DNA from: Callorhinchus milii
Taxonomy: Eukaryota
Direction: 5' to 3'
Assembly (NCBI RefSeq): GCF_018977255.1
Contig: NW_024704742.1
Location: 55,492,001-55,556,000, forward strand
Length of the DNA: 64,000 nucleotides
Part shown: one piece after another, positions 11,324 to 24,806 of the stretch
Numbering within the stretch: position 1 is the first letter of the stretch
Layout: each line of letters starts with the position of its first letter
Notes under the pieces: model-generated
Database searches by the model: none
Told to the model about the DNA's origin: nothing
What the model saw: the letters and a program-made list of their open reading frames with translations, nothing else
Made by a program: the position numbers and the translations under genes

Positions 11324-11882
11324 TTTTGTTTGGTCTGGTGTCTGACATATGTGGAAACCCATCACCATGCTTAAGAATATCCAAACCTAGCTGAGATTTC
11401 CATGCATCCCGCCTAATATAGAAATCCCAGAGCTAGATTGTTGGAAGGAATGCAAACTCTCTCCATGGTGGAACACATCCTGCTTACTTAATTCCAGAAA
11501 TATGAAGTGCAGGTTGGCAAGGCTTGGGGTCCTCAGAATGGGCTTGAGTCTAACCAGCTAAAATTGAATAGCTTGCCATTGATATTGCTGTCTTGAAAGC
11601 TTTCTCACTGCTTGTCCAGCTAGGACCACTCTACCCATTATGGTTTTGGCTTGCAGGGTTAACAGGAGCTGAGTGGGATAATTCCCTGCCCTTCCAGTTC
11701 CTGTTGTTGAGCCAGGCTGGCTGTGCTGGCATCAGGAGTGCCCTGGAATACTGCGGACCTACCTGTCTCAGGAACTGGACTACCGAAACGGCCACAGAGG
11801 ACTGGCTCAATTCTGAAGTTCCACTGGCAGGCATGCTTACCCCCACTCCCGGGAGTGCGCAGGTTTGAACCTCACGAGGTGG
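11324..11882 (-). mobile_element. Unclassified structured retroposon, copy C
   Basis: Same 3' end (tatgtcagacaccagaccaaacaaaa on -). The 5' side abuts a young SINE tail. Confidence 0.85.
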
Positions 11883-12201
11883 ATAATAATAATAATAATC
11901 CTTGCATTTGATATAGCGCTTTTCACGTCGGGAGGACGTCCCAAAGCGCTTCACAGAACACACTGTAAAGTGAATTGACTGTATATTTGTGGGCGAACGC
12001 GGCAGCTAATTGCGCACAGCAATGTCCCACAAACAGTCGTAGATTAAAAATGACCAATTTTATTATTGTTTTTGGTTTTGGAGGGATTATTATTAGGCGT
12101 GTGGAGTAAGGAAACTTGCCCAAGGTTTCGCCCTGCCTGGAATTGAACTCAGGTCTCTCACTTGCAAAGCGAGTGCTCTAACCACTGAGCTACAGGACTC
12201 C
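11883..12201 (-). mobile_element. Young tRNA-Ala-derived Deu SINE, short form, full length
   Basis: Head GGAGTCCTGTAGCTCAGTGGTTAGAGCACTCGCTTTGCAAGTGAGAGACCTGAGTTCAATTCC (A box, B box, TGC anticodon loop), Deu-like TTTGTGGGACATTGCTGTGCGCAATT, L2-like tail and (ATT)n. Confidence 0.92.
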
Positions 12202-14496
12202 ACAGATGGTAGGTACAAGTCACACAAGTCACACATTCAGCCATGAAGAGAATGATCCATTTCATTGTTGTCAGGACACCAGTCAAAACTCGCTTCATTT
12301 TTTAAATAGTACCAAGGGATCTGTAACATTATCTGAAGAGGCAGATGGGGCCTTGGTTTAACATCACATCCGAAGCTTGGTGCCTCCAACAATGCAGCAT
12401 TGCACTTGAATGTCAGCCTAGACTGTGAATGCAAATCTGCAAACCTGGCACTTGAACTCATACCCTTCTGTGTCAGGACATTCTGTTGAAGCGCTCAAGT
12501 TATCTGCCTCCTTGCAAATAAGAAAACAGATCCAGTAAATATTCTATGTTGTGCTGTTGTGGAGAATAGGCATGCAGTAATTGTGCTATATATACATGAA
12601 TGCTACTTTCTGTGCTGTTCTTGTTTCTTAATTCAAGGTATAATAATAATTGTTATTGTATTTAAAATAGTGCCTTATCACATCCTTATGATGGGGTAAT
12701 GCAATGTATCTGCATTTCTTGACACAAGTCTACATCTGAACCAGTGGCACTATCAATCCGATACGCTAGTGTCCCTAGTGTTTGCTTATATTGCAGCAAT
12801 GGCTGCGGACTTGCAAACTCATCAATTGGGTCCTCTGTATTCATGATATACTCAGTTGTTTACAACAAGCTAAGCACAAAATAAGGAAACCAGCGGACTC
12901 TGTTGCCGAGAGGATTGTTTGCAATGAACATTATGTGAACTGCAGCATTGTATGCAGTCACAGGGGTGGGTAGCTCGGCATCAGAATGAGTGTGTCAAGA
13001 CTCCAGTTATACAGTAGCAGTTCTAGCTTGTTACCACAGACACATGGAATTGCCCCTCACTCTTTCATACAACTGCAGTGGTCCTTAGATATCTTCACTG
13101 GTTGAAAATTATTTCATGGTAAACCGAAAAACATGACGGTGTGTGGGCTGAAAGGTTATTGTGCTCATTTTTATTGTTTTTCCTTTCGAGCTGAGGGATG
13201 CTGTTGGTGTGAGTAATTACAAACAACTCAAACCCACTTCTTTGATTGAAGCTGTCACCATTGACCATTTGCTGTTGAGAGGTGCATAGTCTTAGCCTGC
13301 AAGGCCATTTTGCCTTACAATTGCAGATCGTGTATTGGAAGCCAGGTTTCTGCAGTTATTAAAATGATACAGCTTGGAAACTGAACTTTCCACAATTCTG
13401 CACAATCTTAATATTAAGGACAAAATTGTCTTACAGTCAGGTTGTAACCGAGTATAATACGCAGTCTGTCTTATCGCAATACGGTAAATTTATTCACTCT
13501 GTGCTCCTATAGTCTATGCAAGGATTATTATTATTATTACTCTGTTTAAGGTTCAATGTAGGATTGAATATATCGAAGGTGAATTACCTGGATATGCTGG
13601 AGCCCCTCCACCCCATGACATTTTTTAAGTGTCAATGTCTGGGAAGCTTGGTTGTGTTTGGCTGGTGAGTACTGGAATTGTGTCTTTCTTCTCAACACAA
13701 TACTCAGATTAATGCTGATATCCCACCAGCTGGCAGCCAAAAGCTGTGATTTCTGTGCAAAAAATATAATATTCTGTATATATATGTGAATAATAATAAT
13801 CTTTGAATTTGATATAGCGCCTTATTACATCTTTCTTTTTGTCGGTCTATCTATATGACTTTCTTTCTCTTTGTTTGTTTCTCTCTCTCTCTTAAGCTAA
13901 GGTTTTGAATTCAGTCAGTTTTGAGTCAGCACTTAATCACTTCATCTCAACAAAGTTCATTCAATTTCTAAATAAAACCGGCAACTTCCTCAAATTAAAC
14001 AGTACTCACTTTTTAAATAACATGTTTCAAGTCAGATGAAGACAGTGTTGATGGGAAGCCATATTGTATTGGGTAAAACATTCCATTTTTCATAATGTGT
14101 TTGAAGTGATAATTAAGAAATTTCACCTCAATTTCTTTTTTATGGGCGAAACATCCCTTTTTAAGATCAATTTAGCAAATTTCTCCTCTCCTCCACCTTT
14201 CTTGTAGGTGGTGTTCACAACTGAGATTACAAATCCACAGATGCCAAAATTTCTTCAACAGCTTTCCCAAATGTCCATTCTTCATACGTTACTCTGGACA
14301 GGAGCGTTGACAGACTATTTGTTAGGTGGCAGATCACAGTTAGGTCTGATTCTGTCCTCTCTGACGTCTGTTCATAGGCATTTTCCTCAGCAGACGTCAC
14401 TCCATATTAACCTAGGGATGTTGTAGGGAAGGAAAACAAATTAACAGAACAAAGAGGGACATAGAAATTATAATTATACTGTATTATTGACAGTAT

Positions 14497-14875
14497 TAAT
14501 AATAATAATCCTTGCATTTGATGATAAGTGTGCCTTATCATGTCATTGAGACGTCTCAAAGCGCTTCACAGAATATACTGTAAAGCGAATTGACTGTATA
14601 TTTTCTGGGCGAAATGCGGCAGCCAATTGCGCACAGCAGTGTCCCACAAACAGTCGTGGATTGAGTGACTAATTTATTATTTTTTTTGGGAAGGAATTAT
14701 TACCTGCGGGAAAACAATCCGCCAATCGACTAACAACCGGGTTCCTACTTACTGCTAGGTAAACAGAGGCATGTGGAGTAAGGAGACTTACCTAAGGTTT
14801 CGACTGGCTCGGGAATCAAACCTGGTTCCTCTCACTTGCAAGGCGAGCGCACTAACCACTGAGCGATAGGACTCC
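14497..14875 (-). mobile_element. tRNA/Meta-like/Deu SINE, long form, full length
   Basis: Same head and tail as the short form, plus an extra segment GCCTCTGTTTACCTAGCAGTAAGTAGGAACCCGG...GATTGGCGGATTG. Confidence 0.9.
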
Positions 14876-15436
14876 ACTATTATTGTATTAACTGCATATG
14901 TTTATAGAATCTGATGGTCAAACATCCAGAAAACATATTTGAAAGGTGGATGCTTGTGAAATGCAAGGATTATTATTATTATTTTACTCCAGTGTAATAT
15001 TGTGTTGGTAACAGGAATGTTCTGTTTCATGACATCTCTCAATACAAATTACATTAGCAACAGTCTTATGTAAAAAATACTGGAGCTCTTTATTTTGTTT
15101 TTAATGGTTCTGTGCAAAATGTTTTTGGACAGCCTCAATCCAGTGGATTTATATCCTAAAGCTGTCTGCAATTTAACATTAATTTGTAACATCACTCACA
15201 TAGGACTGAAGTTACAATGTTTCCTAACAGATTTGGTAACATCACATCAAATCTGTTTTGAAATATTGCATTTTTCAGCCAATTTTTTTTACAACTATCC
15301 CAATTCCACAAATTTGGACTTTTGCCACTTTAAATACAGTATATGGCAAGAACCAGAGCCTTGTAGCTTTAATCTCCCTTATCCAATTGCTTCTAGAGAA
15401 TGAATGCCCACTTCCAGGCTCTGCTCCACCAACTCT

Positions 15437-15750
15437 GGAGTCCTGTAGCTCAGTGGTTAGAGCACTCACTTTGCAAGCGAGAGACCTGAGTTCAATTCCA
15501 GGCAGGGTGAAACTTGGGCAAGTTTCCTTACTCCACACGAATAATAATAATCCCTCCAAAACCAAAAACAATAATAAATTGGTCATTTTCAATCTACGAC
15601 TGTTTGTGGGACATTGCTGTGCGCAATTGGCTGCCGCGTTCGCCCACAAATATACAGTCAATTCACTTTCCAGTGTGTTCTGTGAAGCGCTTTGGGACGT
15701 CCTCCCGACGTGAAAAGCGCTATAACAAATGCAAGGATTATTATTATTAT
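15437..15750 (+). mobile_element. Young tRNA-Ala-derived Deu SINE, short form
   Basis: Near-identical to 11883-12201, 20209-20536 and 42087-42407. Confidence 0.92.
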
Positions 15751-16084
15751 AACTATGCACTCAGTTGTTTAATGGGTTAATTCCATAGACCATTCTGCTA
15801 AATTGTTTGGTTGTGCTGACCAGCTGCTCAAAATGGCTAGGCTTAAGGGACAATTTGTGATGCTGTTTCACTTCACAGGTAATAACCATGTGCTGTAAAT
15901 TAAAAATCAGCTATATTGTCCTAACCAAACTGCACATTTAGTCTACTTGCTTGCTCCACTTGTTTACTTTGTTGTTAAGTGTCTGCTGCACCACTCTGGC
16001 TTCTATGCTCCCATGGTCTGTCTTTCCTCACAGATTGATCACTATTATTTTTCTCCAAAAACCCAGGGATGAATGAATACAGTT

Positions 16085-16980
16085 ACTAAGAAAGATTGGA
16101 CAGGTGGAGCTTTTCTCACTGGAGTTGAGACAATTGAGGGAGGTGTGATGGCATGCATATTGATAGAAATTGTGAAAAGATTCAATAAGGTGGACATTAA
16201 TAGGCTGTTTCCCACTTGTTGACGATTACAAAATGAGGGGACATATTATATCTAGTACAGTAAAACTCACATAAGGCATATCAATAACATTTAATATGAC
16301 TTATGTGAAGTTTGAGTTGCAGACAAACTCTATAAGTTGGAGAAAATCTGATTTAATCAATAATACACACTGCGCATGCGTAATTTAATGCAGCTGGTTT
16401 GTGCACATGGGGTAATGGGTCAAAACCACTTTTCCAGCGATTCAATGCGTTTTGACCCTTCGCTGCATACGCACTCACTGGCAAGTGTTGGAATCGCATT
16501 GAATTGTGGGCAATGAAGTTCTTCTGTGCATGTGTCAATGGCTCAGGATGTAATTTCCCATGATTCAAGGCAGCCGGTAAGCGTGGGAGTAACGGAGGGT
16601 AAGGGAGTGGTGTTCTGAGTTAGGAGGTGATTTATATGAATAGTGCAAAGAAGACTTAACTTGTTTTGATAGGAAACTGAATGGATCTCAAACGAATGTA
16701 TGATTTAGGCCTTTACATGATTTTTAAAGATAAGACTTATGCAAATTTTATTGTAGCAGACTTAATAATACTAATAATAATCCTTTCATTTGCTATAGCG
16801 CCTTATCACGTCTTTGAGATGTTTCGATGCGCTTCACAGAATATACTGTAAAGTAAATTTACTGCTTGTTTAAAAGGACTTTTTAAATAAAGAGGAAAGT
16901 CGGTGTGGAAAATAAATACTGGCAAGAACTAATTGGGCCAAATGGCTGGGTTTCCATTCTGTACCTCTTTTGTAATTCTA
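16085..16980 (+). mobile_element. Degraded CR1 3' region interrupted by a MITE and a SINE tail
   Basis: ORF2 end-like cttttctcactggag..gacaattgaggg..., and tail gggccaaatggc...ttgtaattcta. Confidence 0.6.
16258..16753. mobile_element. Non-autonomous Tc1/mariner-superfamily (pogo/Tigger-like) MITE
   Basis: TA|CAGTAAAACTCACATAAG ... CTTATGCAAATTTTATTG|TA: imperfect 18-bp TIRs starting CAGT, with a TA target duplication. Confidence 0.7.
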
Positions 16981-18685
16981 CTTTTAAAAAAATCCTTTCT
17001 TCACCCTATGGGTGTCATGCGTCATATCATCAGTAGTCTTGACAAATGGCTGCCAAATTAGTAAATCTGATCTCCGTTGACTCAAGGAAGGATAATTGCA
17101 GTCTTAATTGGAAGAAGCCTGATGATCCATGTTTGATTAAACTGAACAGCATCTGGAAATTGAAGTGTACCTGAACAGTTCTACATTTGAAGAGATCATA
17201 TCAACAAGTAATTATGCAGCATATGCCAGTCACTGGTTAGGTCAAGAGCGACTGACTGGCTGTTTTGAAGCTTGAATACAGAATACAATGCATTGCTGCT
17301 GTGAGAATCAGTTAAGGTTTACAAAGAAGGGGATTTTTTTTGACAAACAAAATGACTTGGATATCAGGGATTGATAATTATTGCGCCATGAATAAAAGTG
17401 CAATCAGCAGAAGCGGTTTGTATTAGCTGCAGAATTCATTGTGATGAAAGACTGAGGGGGTGCATCCTGATAGAGATTGTGAAAGGATTCAATAAGGTGG
17501 ACATTTGTAATTTTTCTAAATAAACCCTAGGAAAATATTTGTACCATGGCTTGTTCAATTGTAAGCAATAAATCACCTTAATAATATAAGAAAGCTCTCC
17601 AGTCTCCACATACAACTATGGACTTCACCCCGCTCATTGCCTCTCAGGCGAGAAAGCTCTGCATACAGAACTCTTAATCTCAAATTCAAGCAGTGAAAAT
17701 GTCCATAATAATCTTATATGTCTATTCAAACATGCCTTCCTTCCTCCATGACATGTATCCTGCTGGAGTATTAGTTATTTCAGTCTGCACTTGCTCTATC
17801 CTCCAGTGAGGATCTCACAAGTAGGTTGATGGTTACCAGTAGAAGTAGAACCTCCTAATAATAATAATAATTCTTACATTAGATGTAGTGCCTTTTCACA
17901 TCAGGAGGACATCTCAAAGCATCTCACAGAATATTCCTTAGAGTGATTTTTTTATATGGGTGAACGTGACATCCAATTTAAACACAGCAATGACCCACAA
18001 ACAGTCATGACATTTTTATTGGGGAATTGATTACACAGAATAGGGCCTGAGGATCTTAACTGGAACTATTTTAGGCACATACAGTAGTGTAAATATGCCA
18101 CCATGAGCATATTAAAAACACTGATCAGGGAATATGTGATTGAGGTGGGGTGAATTTCCTTTGGGTAAATTGGTACCTATGTCAACAGTATTCACTTTCA
18201 TGTGAGTTAACTGGTTCAATTTAGTGGGATTTCACACCAACCAATAAATATACATAGTGGACAAAATTTTTTATTTTTTTGCGAAAAGTTTGTAAATAGT
18301 GGGTCCTGCCAGTACCCAGAGTCCAAATGTGTCACCAGCTGATCTTCTGGAATACCCTCAGTCACTGATTTCTTGTGGGTACCAGAATCTTCCACTGGCC
18401 ACAATTTAGTTTCATAGAAATTGGAAGCAAGTCAGGAGCGCATATGACCCAATGTTACCAAAAAGGCCATGTCCATGATAGTGCTGGTCATGTATCTGTG
18501 GGGTGGGGTGAGAGTCTGTGTGTGGGGGGGAGGGGGTGGGGAGGAGAATAGGAATTAGGAATGAAGATGGGTTGTGCCTGGATTAGGAATACTTTCTTGC
18601 TCACCTTTGGAGTTTGAGATCAAATTCTGAGATGCTGAGATGTGTTGCCCACCGGAAAGCTTGTAAGGAGCTCCTTGTAATTATC

Positions 18686-19410
18686 ATCCACCTAGTGAGG
18701 GCTGAAACCCATGCTTGTTAGATGTCAATCGACCAACTTGTGACAATCCTCCTCAGGAGGGGGGGGGGCGGGAAGCAGGGTCTCCTTGGAGCTGAACTGG
18801 TTGCAAGATGACATGTTTGGAAACGGAATGTCAGAATCGAGCCAGACCTGTGTAGTCTGGTTCCTGCGCCAGGCGGGTCAGCAGTATTTCAGAGCACTGC
18901 TGATGATAGCCTACCTCATCGGCAGGACATGGAAGGGCAGACCAGTCATTGGGAATCAAAATATCATTCACTTCATGGCTATTTGTGGGTCATTGCTGTG
19001 TTCAAATTGAATGTCACGTTCACCCATAAAAAAGTCACTCTAAGGAATATCCTGTGAAACTCTTTGAGATGTCCTCCCGATGCGAAAAGGGAATCACTCA
19101 GCTCCTGTTAACTCTGCAAGTGGACCAGCAGCAGGACAGCTTGCCAAACAGCGATATCAATGGCCAGTTATGTGATTTTACCTGGTCAGGTTCCAGCAGT
19201 ACCCCAACGCACACTGTGGGGTCCCCAAGCCTTGGCTCTTGCCAACCTGCACCTAATACTTTCCAGAATTGGGAAGCAGGATGCGTTCCTCCAGGGAGAG
19301 AGTGTACATTCCAACAATCTATCTCTGGATTTCCATGTGTTTTGTTTGGATACTCTTAAGCATGACAATGGGTTTCCGCATGTGTCAGGCACTCGGCTGA
19401 CCCCCAAAAA
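18686..19410 (+). mobile_element. Unclassified structured retroposon, copy D (longest; contains an inserted SINE piece at about 18959-19088)
   Basis: Shares atccacct(a/c)gtgagg with copy C. Ends tgtgtcaggcactcggctgacccccaaaaa. Confidence 0.85.
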
Positions 19411-20208
19411 TTGATGAAACTTTAATTGTCAGAAACAGTGAAAGAAATGTGAGTGTTCAAAGGCACTGTGAATGGTGTGGAAGCAATTGGGATACTTGCT
19501 GCCCTGAGTATAAAGAATAGCGACAAGTATAATACACGCATCACCTTTTCCTGCATCACTTAATTCAAAGGATTATGCCAAATACATTCTCGACTGTATG
19601 TTTGGTGTTGTGTGAAACTTTGAAAAATAACTTTGGGATTTTTTGTGTGCTTAATTCTCTCTTGTTCCCTGATTCTGTACTTATTTATACCTTACTACAG
19701 GCACTGAGAGTGCATTTAATTCACAGCAGCTTGAATGCACATTCACTCTGCTTCCACAACAGCTCAACTTTGGATTGACTAACAAGCTGTTACTATTTTA
19801 GTCACACTTAATTTATACAATGACCCTTCTGAATAATGAATTGCAAGAGCATGAGCACTTTAATTAGTTATGAAAATCTGCCATTGTAGGAAAATCATAA
19901 GGAAGCCAATATTATTGACCATTTTTGTTTATTTATGAGAATAACTATGGATTTTCTTCATTGCATCAACATGTACTTTTCCTTTTTTACTTCTCTGATG
20001 CTCACAACACACAATTGCCATATTTTCAACATCCGATTTATTTGCAAATCATTCACTCTGTTGGTTTATTTTGCAAAAAAAATGTAATAGCAAATTCTCA
20101 TCTCAAAAGTTAGCAATTCAAATCTGTCAAGCATTATATCTAATTAGTTAGTTTACAATATTTTTTACACATCAAAGATATTGTGAGAAACTTGAAGCTG
20201 AAAAGCGG

Positions 20209-20536
20209 TAATAATAATCCTTAATAATAATCCTTGCATTTGATATAGCGCTTTTCACGTCAGGAGGACGTCCCAAAGCGCTTCACAGAACACACTGTAA
20301 AGTGAATTGACTGTATATTTGTGGGCGAACGCGGCAGCCAATTACGCACAGCAATGTCCCACAAACAGTCGTAGATTGAAAATGACCAATTTAATTATTG
20401 TTTTTGTTTTTTTGGAGGGATTATTATTAGGCGTGTGGAGTAAGGAAACTTGCCCAAGGTTTCGCCCTGACCTGGAATTGAACTCAGGTCTCTCACTTGC
20501 AAAGCGAGTGCTCTAACCACTGAGCTACAGGACTCC
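20209..20536 (-). mobile_element. Young tRNA-Ala-derived Deu SINE, short form
   Basis: Near-identical to 11883-12201. Confidence 0.92.
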
Positions 20537-23062
20537 ACAAGGTAGAAGGTACAGTACAAAATACTGAATTCTGATGGTAACTGGATGGGCATCAAACTGA
20601 CACATAGGAATTCCACTCCATAGTATCTGAAGAAGATTGTGTCGGAATGAAGTGAATGTGTGTTGTGTAATACCCATCCATTCATTGTCGGGATACAGTG
20701 ATTACAAATCCTTTGCAAATTTGTTACAAGTAATCATAGTAATACTTACATTTGAATTTGTTGTAGAACCTGTGATGTTGTGAATGTCTCAAAGCACTTC
20801 TCAGAATTTTCAATCAAGTGTAGTGACTCTGTATTTGTTGGCGAATGTGGCAGTGAATTATTCACATAGCAATATCTCACAAACAGCCATGAAGTGAATC
20901 ATTATTTTTCCTGGAGAATTGTTAGCCAGGACACTGTGAGAATCTCCCTTCTCTTTAAGAATCCCCCTGGTGTCTGTCTGAAATTGCCCTTTGCAGCTTA
21001 AAACCTGTGTCCTCTAGTTTTGCTGCCTCAGAGTATCTGAAAGTAGATACATGTAGTTAATACATGTTGCAATATAAAACATGCAGAAGAATGTGTGTTT
21101 ATTAGAAAGATGGAAAAGGATTTAGATGTGATTCTTGATCAGTCAATATGAAGCTGTTATTAAAAACATAATGATAGCTAAGACTTTCATTGCATTAGTT
21201 GATCTCACCTCGGGAAGGAAAGGTGAGTCATATACTGCTTACTGGCCTTCCTAGCTCACCTTCCACAAGCTCTATCTTATCCAGAACAACTCAGCCAGTA
21301 TCCTTTCTGACATTCACTGGTGTATAAAACACAGTGGCCACAGCTTGATTTGGCATCAGATTCATAAATACTGAATTCTGCTGTTCACTGGTTAAAATCC
21401 TGTAACCCTTGCATTAGATATAGCACCTTTCACATCAGGACATTGGGAGAAACTCTGTTCACTTTTCAAATAGTGCCATGGGATTTGTAATGTCCACCTG
21501 AATAGGCTTGGTTTAACATCTCATCTGAAGAATAACAATACAGCAATTATGGTTGTGAGTAACGTTGAACTGTGGGAACTCTGCTACAAGATAAATTATT
21601 TCTAGACACATTGAAGTTGAGTTCTCACAGGCCAGCATGATGTACATCTGATTACTAACAGTATTTATGATGTAAACTCCCGTTTCTCTCTCCAGACCAG
21701 CTGTTGGAAGGCTTCTGGGTTCCCACTTGTCTCTTGCCCTCACAGATAAACCATTCCCTCGTCCTGTTTGCTCCCTGCAAACTATGCTTTTTCTTTGAAC
21801 TTTTAACATCCTTGAAAGATAGTTGCAGTTTAGCCATTAAACTTCAAGTTTACGAACTTCAAAGAGCTATTCAATTTGTGGAGGGAGAGAAGATGAACAC
21901 CATCACTGACATTGTGTTTAGTTACCACAATGTTAATGTAAACAACTAGTCTCGTTCACACATTTGTATGAATCGAACTTTTTAGAGTCAGTGAAACAAT
22001 GGCCTTTTAAAAATCTGTTGGTCTTTGTCCTTCTAATTTACTTTTACTTAAAGGCTATTCAGGCAATTGAGGTCATGTCAAAGATTGAGACAGTCTTTAA
22101 TCAGACCACAGGGCGCTCAACTTTCATGTTTTTGTCACCAAATAGTGACTTAAAAATAATTTTTAAAATTAAAAAATGTATTTCTTGTGGCCAAAAATTA
22201 ATCTCTCAAAGTTAGATTGGCTCAGTCCCAAAACAGGCATTAAGAACAGTTTCCAGCTGATACCTATACGTTAATTGTAATCCTAAAATAATAAATCTTC
22301 CATTTGCTATAATGCCTTTCATGTCACAAGAATGTCCAAATTGCTTCAATGGATGTACTGTAAAGTGTATGACTATTTTATAGGCAAATTATCCCTGGTA
22401 ATAATGTGTTTAGGAATATCACTATTTCCCTCATGCTGAAAAGTGGTAATAATAATAATCATTGGGTTTGATAAAGCTCCTGTAACGTTTAAAAGTGTTT
22501 CATAGGTAATTGTGTATTGTAGGCAGACAGAACAGCCAATTTGCACATAGCAATATCCCACAAACAAACATAAAATGAATGACCAATTTTATCTGGAGGA
22601 GTTTGGCCAGAACACTGAGAGAAACTTCTTTCTCTTTTCAAATAATGCCATGGAAACTTAGACATCATATTCATACATGTGTTGTGTTTTATGCAATGTA
22701 TAAGACATACGTGTGCACAATTTGGAAGTGTGGAAATTTTATCTAAGTTACCTCAACAGAAAATTTGATGATGGAAAAATCATGTTTTATTCGTCTCTTA
22801 AATTAATAATCCTATCATGTTGTTAAAGTTTGTCATTGTATCTACAGTTATAAATCAGCAAATTAGCCCATTTATTTAAGTAATGGTAAGTAATTTATTG
22901 TTTAAGTGTAAGTTTAGACTTCAGTGACCTGTTCTTGGCATTGTTCTCAATTAATTCTCAGTGCAATGATTTTGTTTATTAAGTAACAACTCAATGAGAG
23001 GTGACGTGTTCCCAAACTGTGGACACGAAGATGGTGCCAATGCTCCATCCACCACTTCATCT

Positions 23063-24520
23063 CATAGAATCACAGAATCATAGAATTTTACAGCACAGAA
23101 GGAGGCCATTTGGCCCATCGTGCTTGTGCTGGCTCTTTGAAAGAGCTATTCAATTAATCCCACTCCCCGCTCTTTCCCCATAGACCTACAAATTATTCCC
23201 TTTCAAGTACCTATCTCATTTCCTTTTGAAAGATATTATCAAATGTGCTTCCACTACCCTTTCACACAGTGCTTTCCAGACCGTAACAATTCTCTGGATA
23301 AATTTTTTTTTCTCGTCTCCCATCTCGTTCTTTTGCCAATTAAATTTGTGTCCCTGGTTACTGACACAGCCGCCAGAGGAAAAGTTTCTCCCTATTACTC
23401 TATCAAAACCCCTTATAATTTTTAACACCTCAATTAAATCTTCCCTCAACCTTCTCTGCTCTAAGGAGAATAATCCCAGCTTCTCTGGTCTCTCCACATA
23501 ATTGCAGTCCCTCCACATAATTGCAGTCCCTCATCTCTGGTATCATTCTTGTAAATTTCCTCTGCACCCTCTCCAAGGCCCAGAAATCCTTCCTAAAGTG
23601 TGGTGCCCAGAATTAGACACAATATTCCAGCTGAGGCCTAACCAGCATTTTGTAAAAGTTCAATATAACTTCCTTGCTCTTATACTCAATGCCTCTATTT
23701 ATAAAGCCAAGAATTCCATATCCGCTTTATCAACTTGTCCTGCCACCTTCAAAGATTTGTGTATGTGAACCCTATGTCTTTCTGCTCCTGTAACCCCTTA
23801 AAATTGTACCATTTATTGTATATTGCCGCTCCTGATAATAATCCCTCAAAAAAATCAACAGTAATAAATTGGTCACTTCCATCCACGACTGTTTGTGGGA
23901 CACTGCTGTGTGCAATTGGCTGCCACGTTTCGCCCACATAATTTACAGTCAATTCACTTTACAGTATATTCTGTGAAGCGCTTTGAGATGCCTAGAAGAC
24001 ATGAAAAGCGCTATATCAAATGCAAAGATTATTATTATTATTCCTCCTCCCAAAATCCATCACTTCACACTTCTTTCTCTGCATTAAATTCCATCTGTCA
24101 TGTGTTTTCGCATTTCACCAGCCTCTCTATGTCCTCCTCCAGTCTGCTACCATCCTCCTCAATGGTTACTACCTTCCCAAATTTTGTGTCATCTGCAAAC
24201 TTTAAAATTATACTCCCTGAACCCAAGTCCAGGTCATTAATGTATATTAAAAAGAGCAGCGGTCCTAAAACCGACCATTGGGGGACACCACTGTATACCT
24301 CCTTCCAATCTGAAAAACAACCGTTTACCACTACCCTCTACTTTCTGACTCCCAGCCAGTTTCGGGTTCCATGCTGCTATTATTCCCTTAATTCCATGGT
24401 CTTCGATTATACTAACAAGTCTATTATTTGGCACTTTATCAAATGTCTTTTGAAACTCCATATATATACAACAAACTCACTACCTTCATCAACCCTCTCC
24501 GTTACTTCATTGAAGACCCA
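23063..24520 (-). mobile_element. CR1-clade LINE ORF2 (reverse transcriptase) 3' portion, with a SINE inserted at about 23835-24041
   Basis: Peptides [68 protein letters not shown], and a (TTCTATGA)n-type tail. Confidence 0.93.
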
Positions 24521-24536
24521 AATAAGAGTATAAATT

Positions 24537-24806
24537 GCAAGCTAAGCGGTTTTAACTGATTAGACACCAGTGCACACTCTGGAGTCTCCAAGCCTTGACT
24601 CCTGACAACCTATGCCTAATACTTTCTGAGAATTAGGTAAACAGGATTTATCCCTCCATGGTGAGTGCAAATTCTATTCCAACAATCTATCTCTGGGATT
24701 TCCATGTGTAGGTGGGCTGTGTGGGATTGTCAGGTTGGTTTGGATAATGTTAAGCATGGTGTTGAGTTTCTGAATGTGTCAGACACCCAGCTGACTCCCC
24801 CAAAAA
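24537..24806 (+). mobile_element. Unclassified structured retroposon, copy E (5'-truncated)
   Basis: gcaagctaagcggttttaactg...gaattaggtaaacagg...tgtgtcagacacccagctgactcccccaaaaa. Confidence 0.8.

Noticed and set aside
11640..11680. Telomerase-RNA-like template (TAACCCT on the - strand) in the unclassified retroposon
   Set aside because: Only 7 nt match, and no recognisable pseudoknot, CR4/5 or H/ACA 3' end is present.
14208..14426. Exon after a strong pyrimidine tract (VVFTTEITNPQMPKF...)
   Set aside because: No convincing donor site and no recognisable protein similarity.
15437..15510. tRNA-Ala gene
   Set aside because: The acceptor stem does not close, and the sequence runs into a SINE body present in many copies, so it is a SINE head.
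16161..17505. 38-bp near-identical repeat at 16161 and 17468
   Set aside because: Both are CR1 ORF2 pieces; at most a trivial local duplication.
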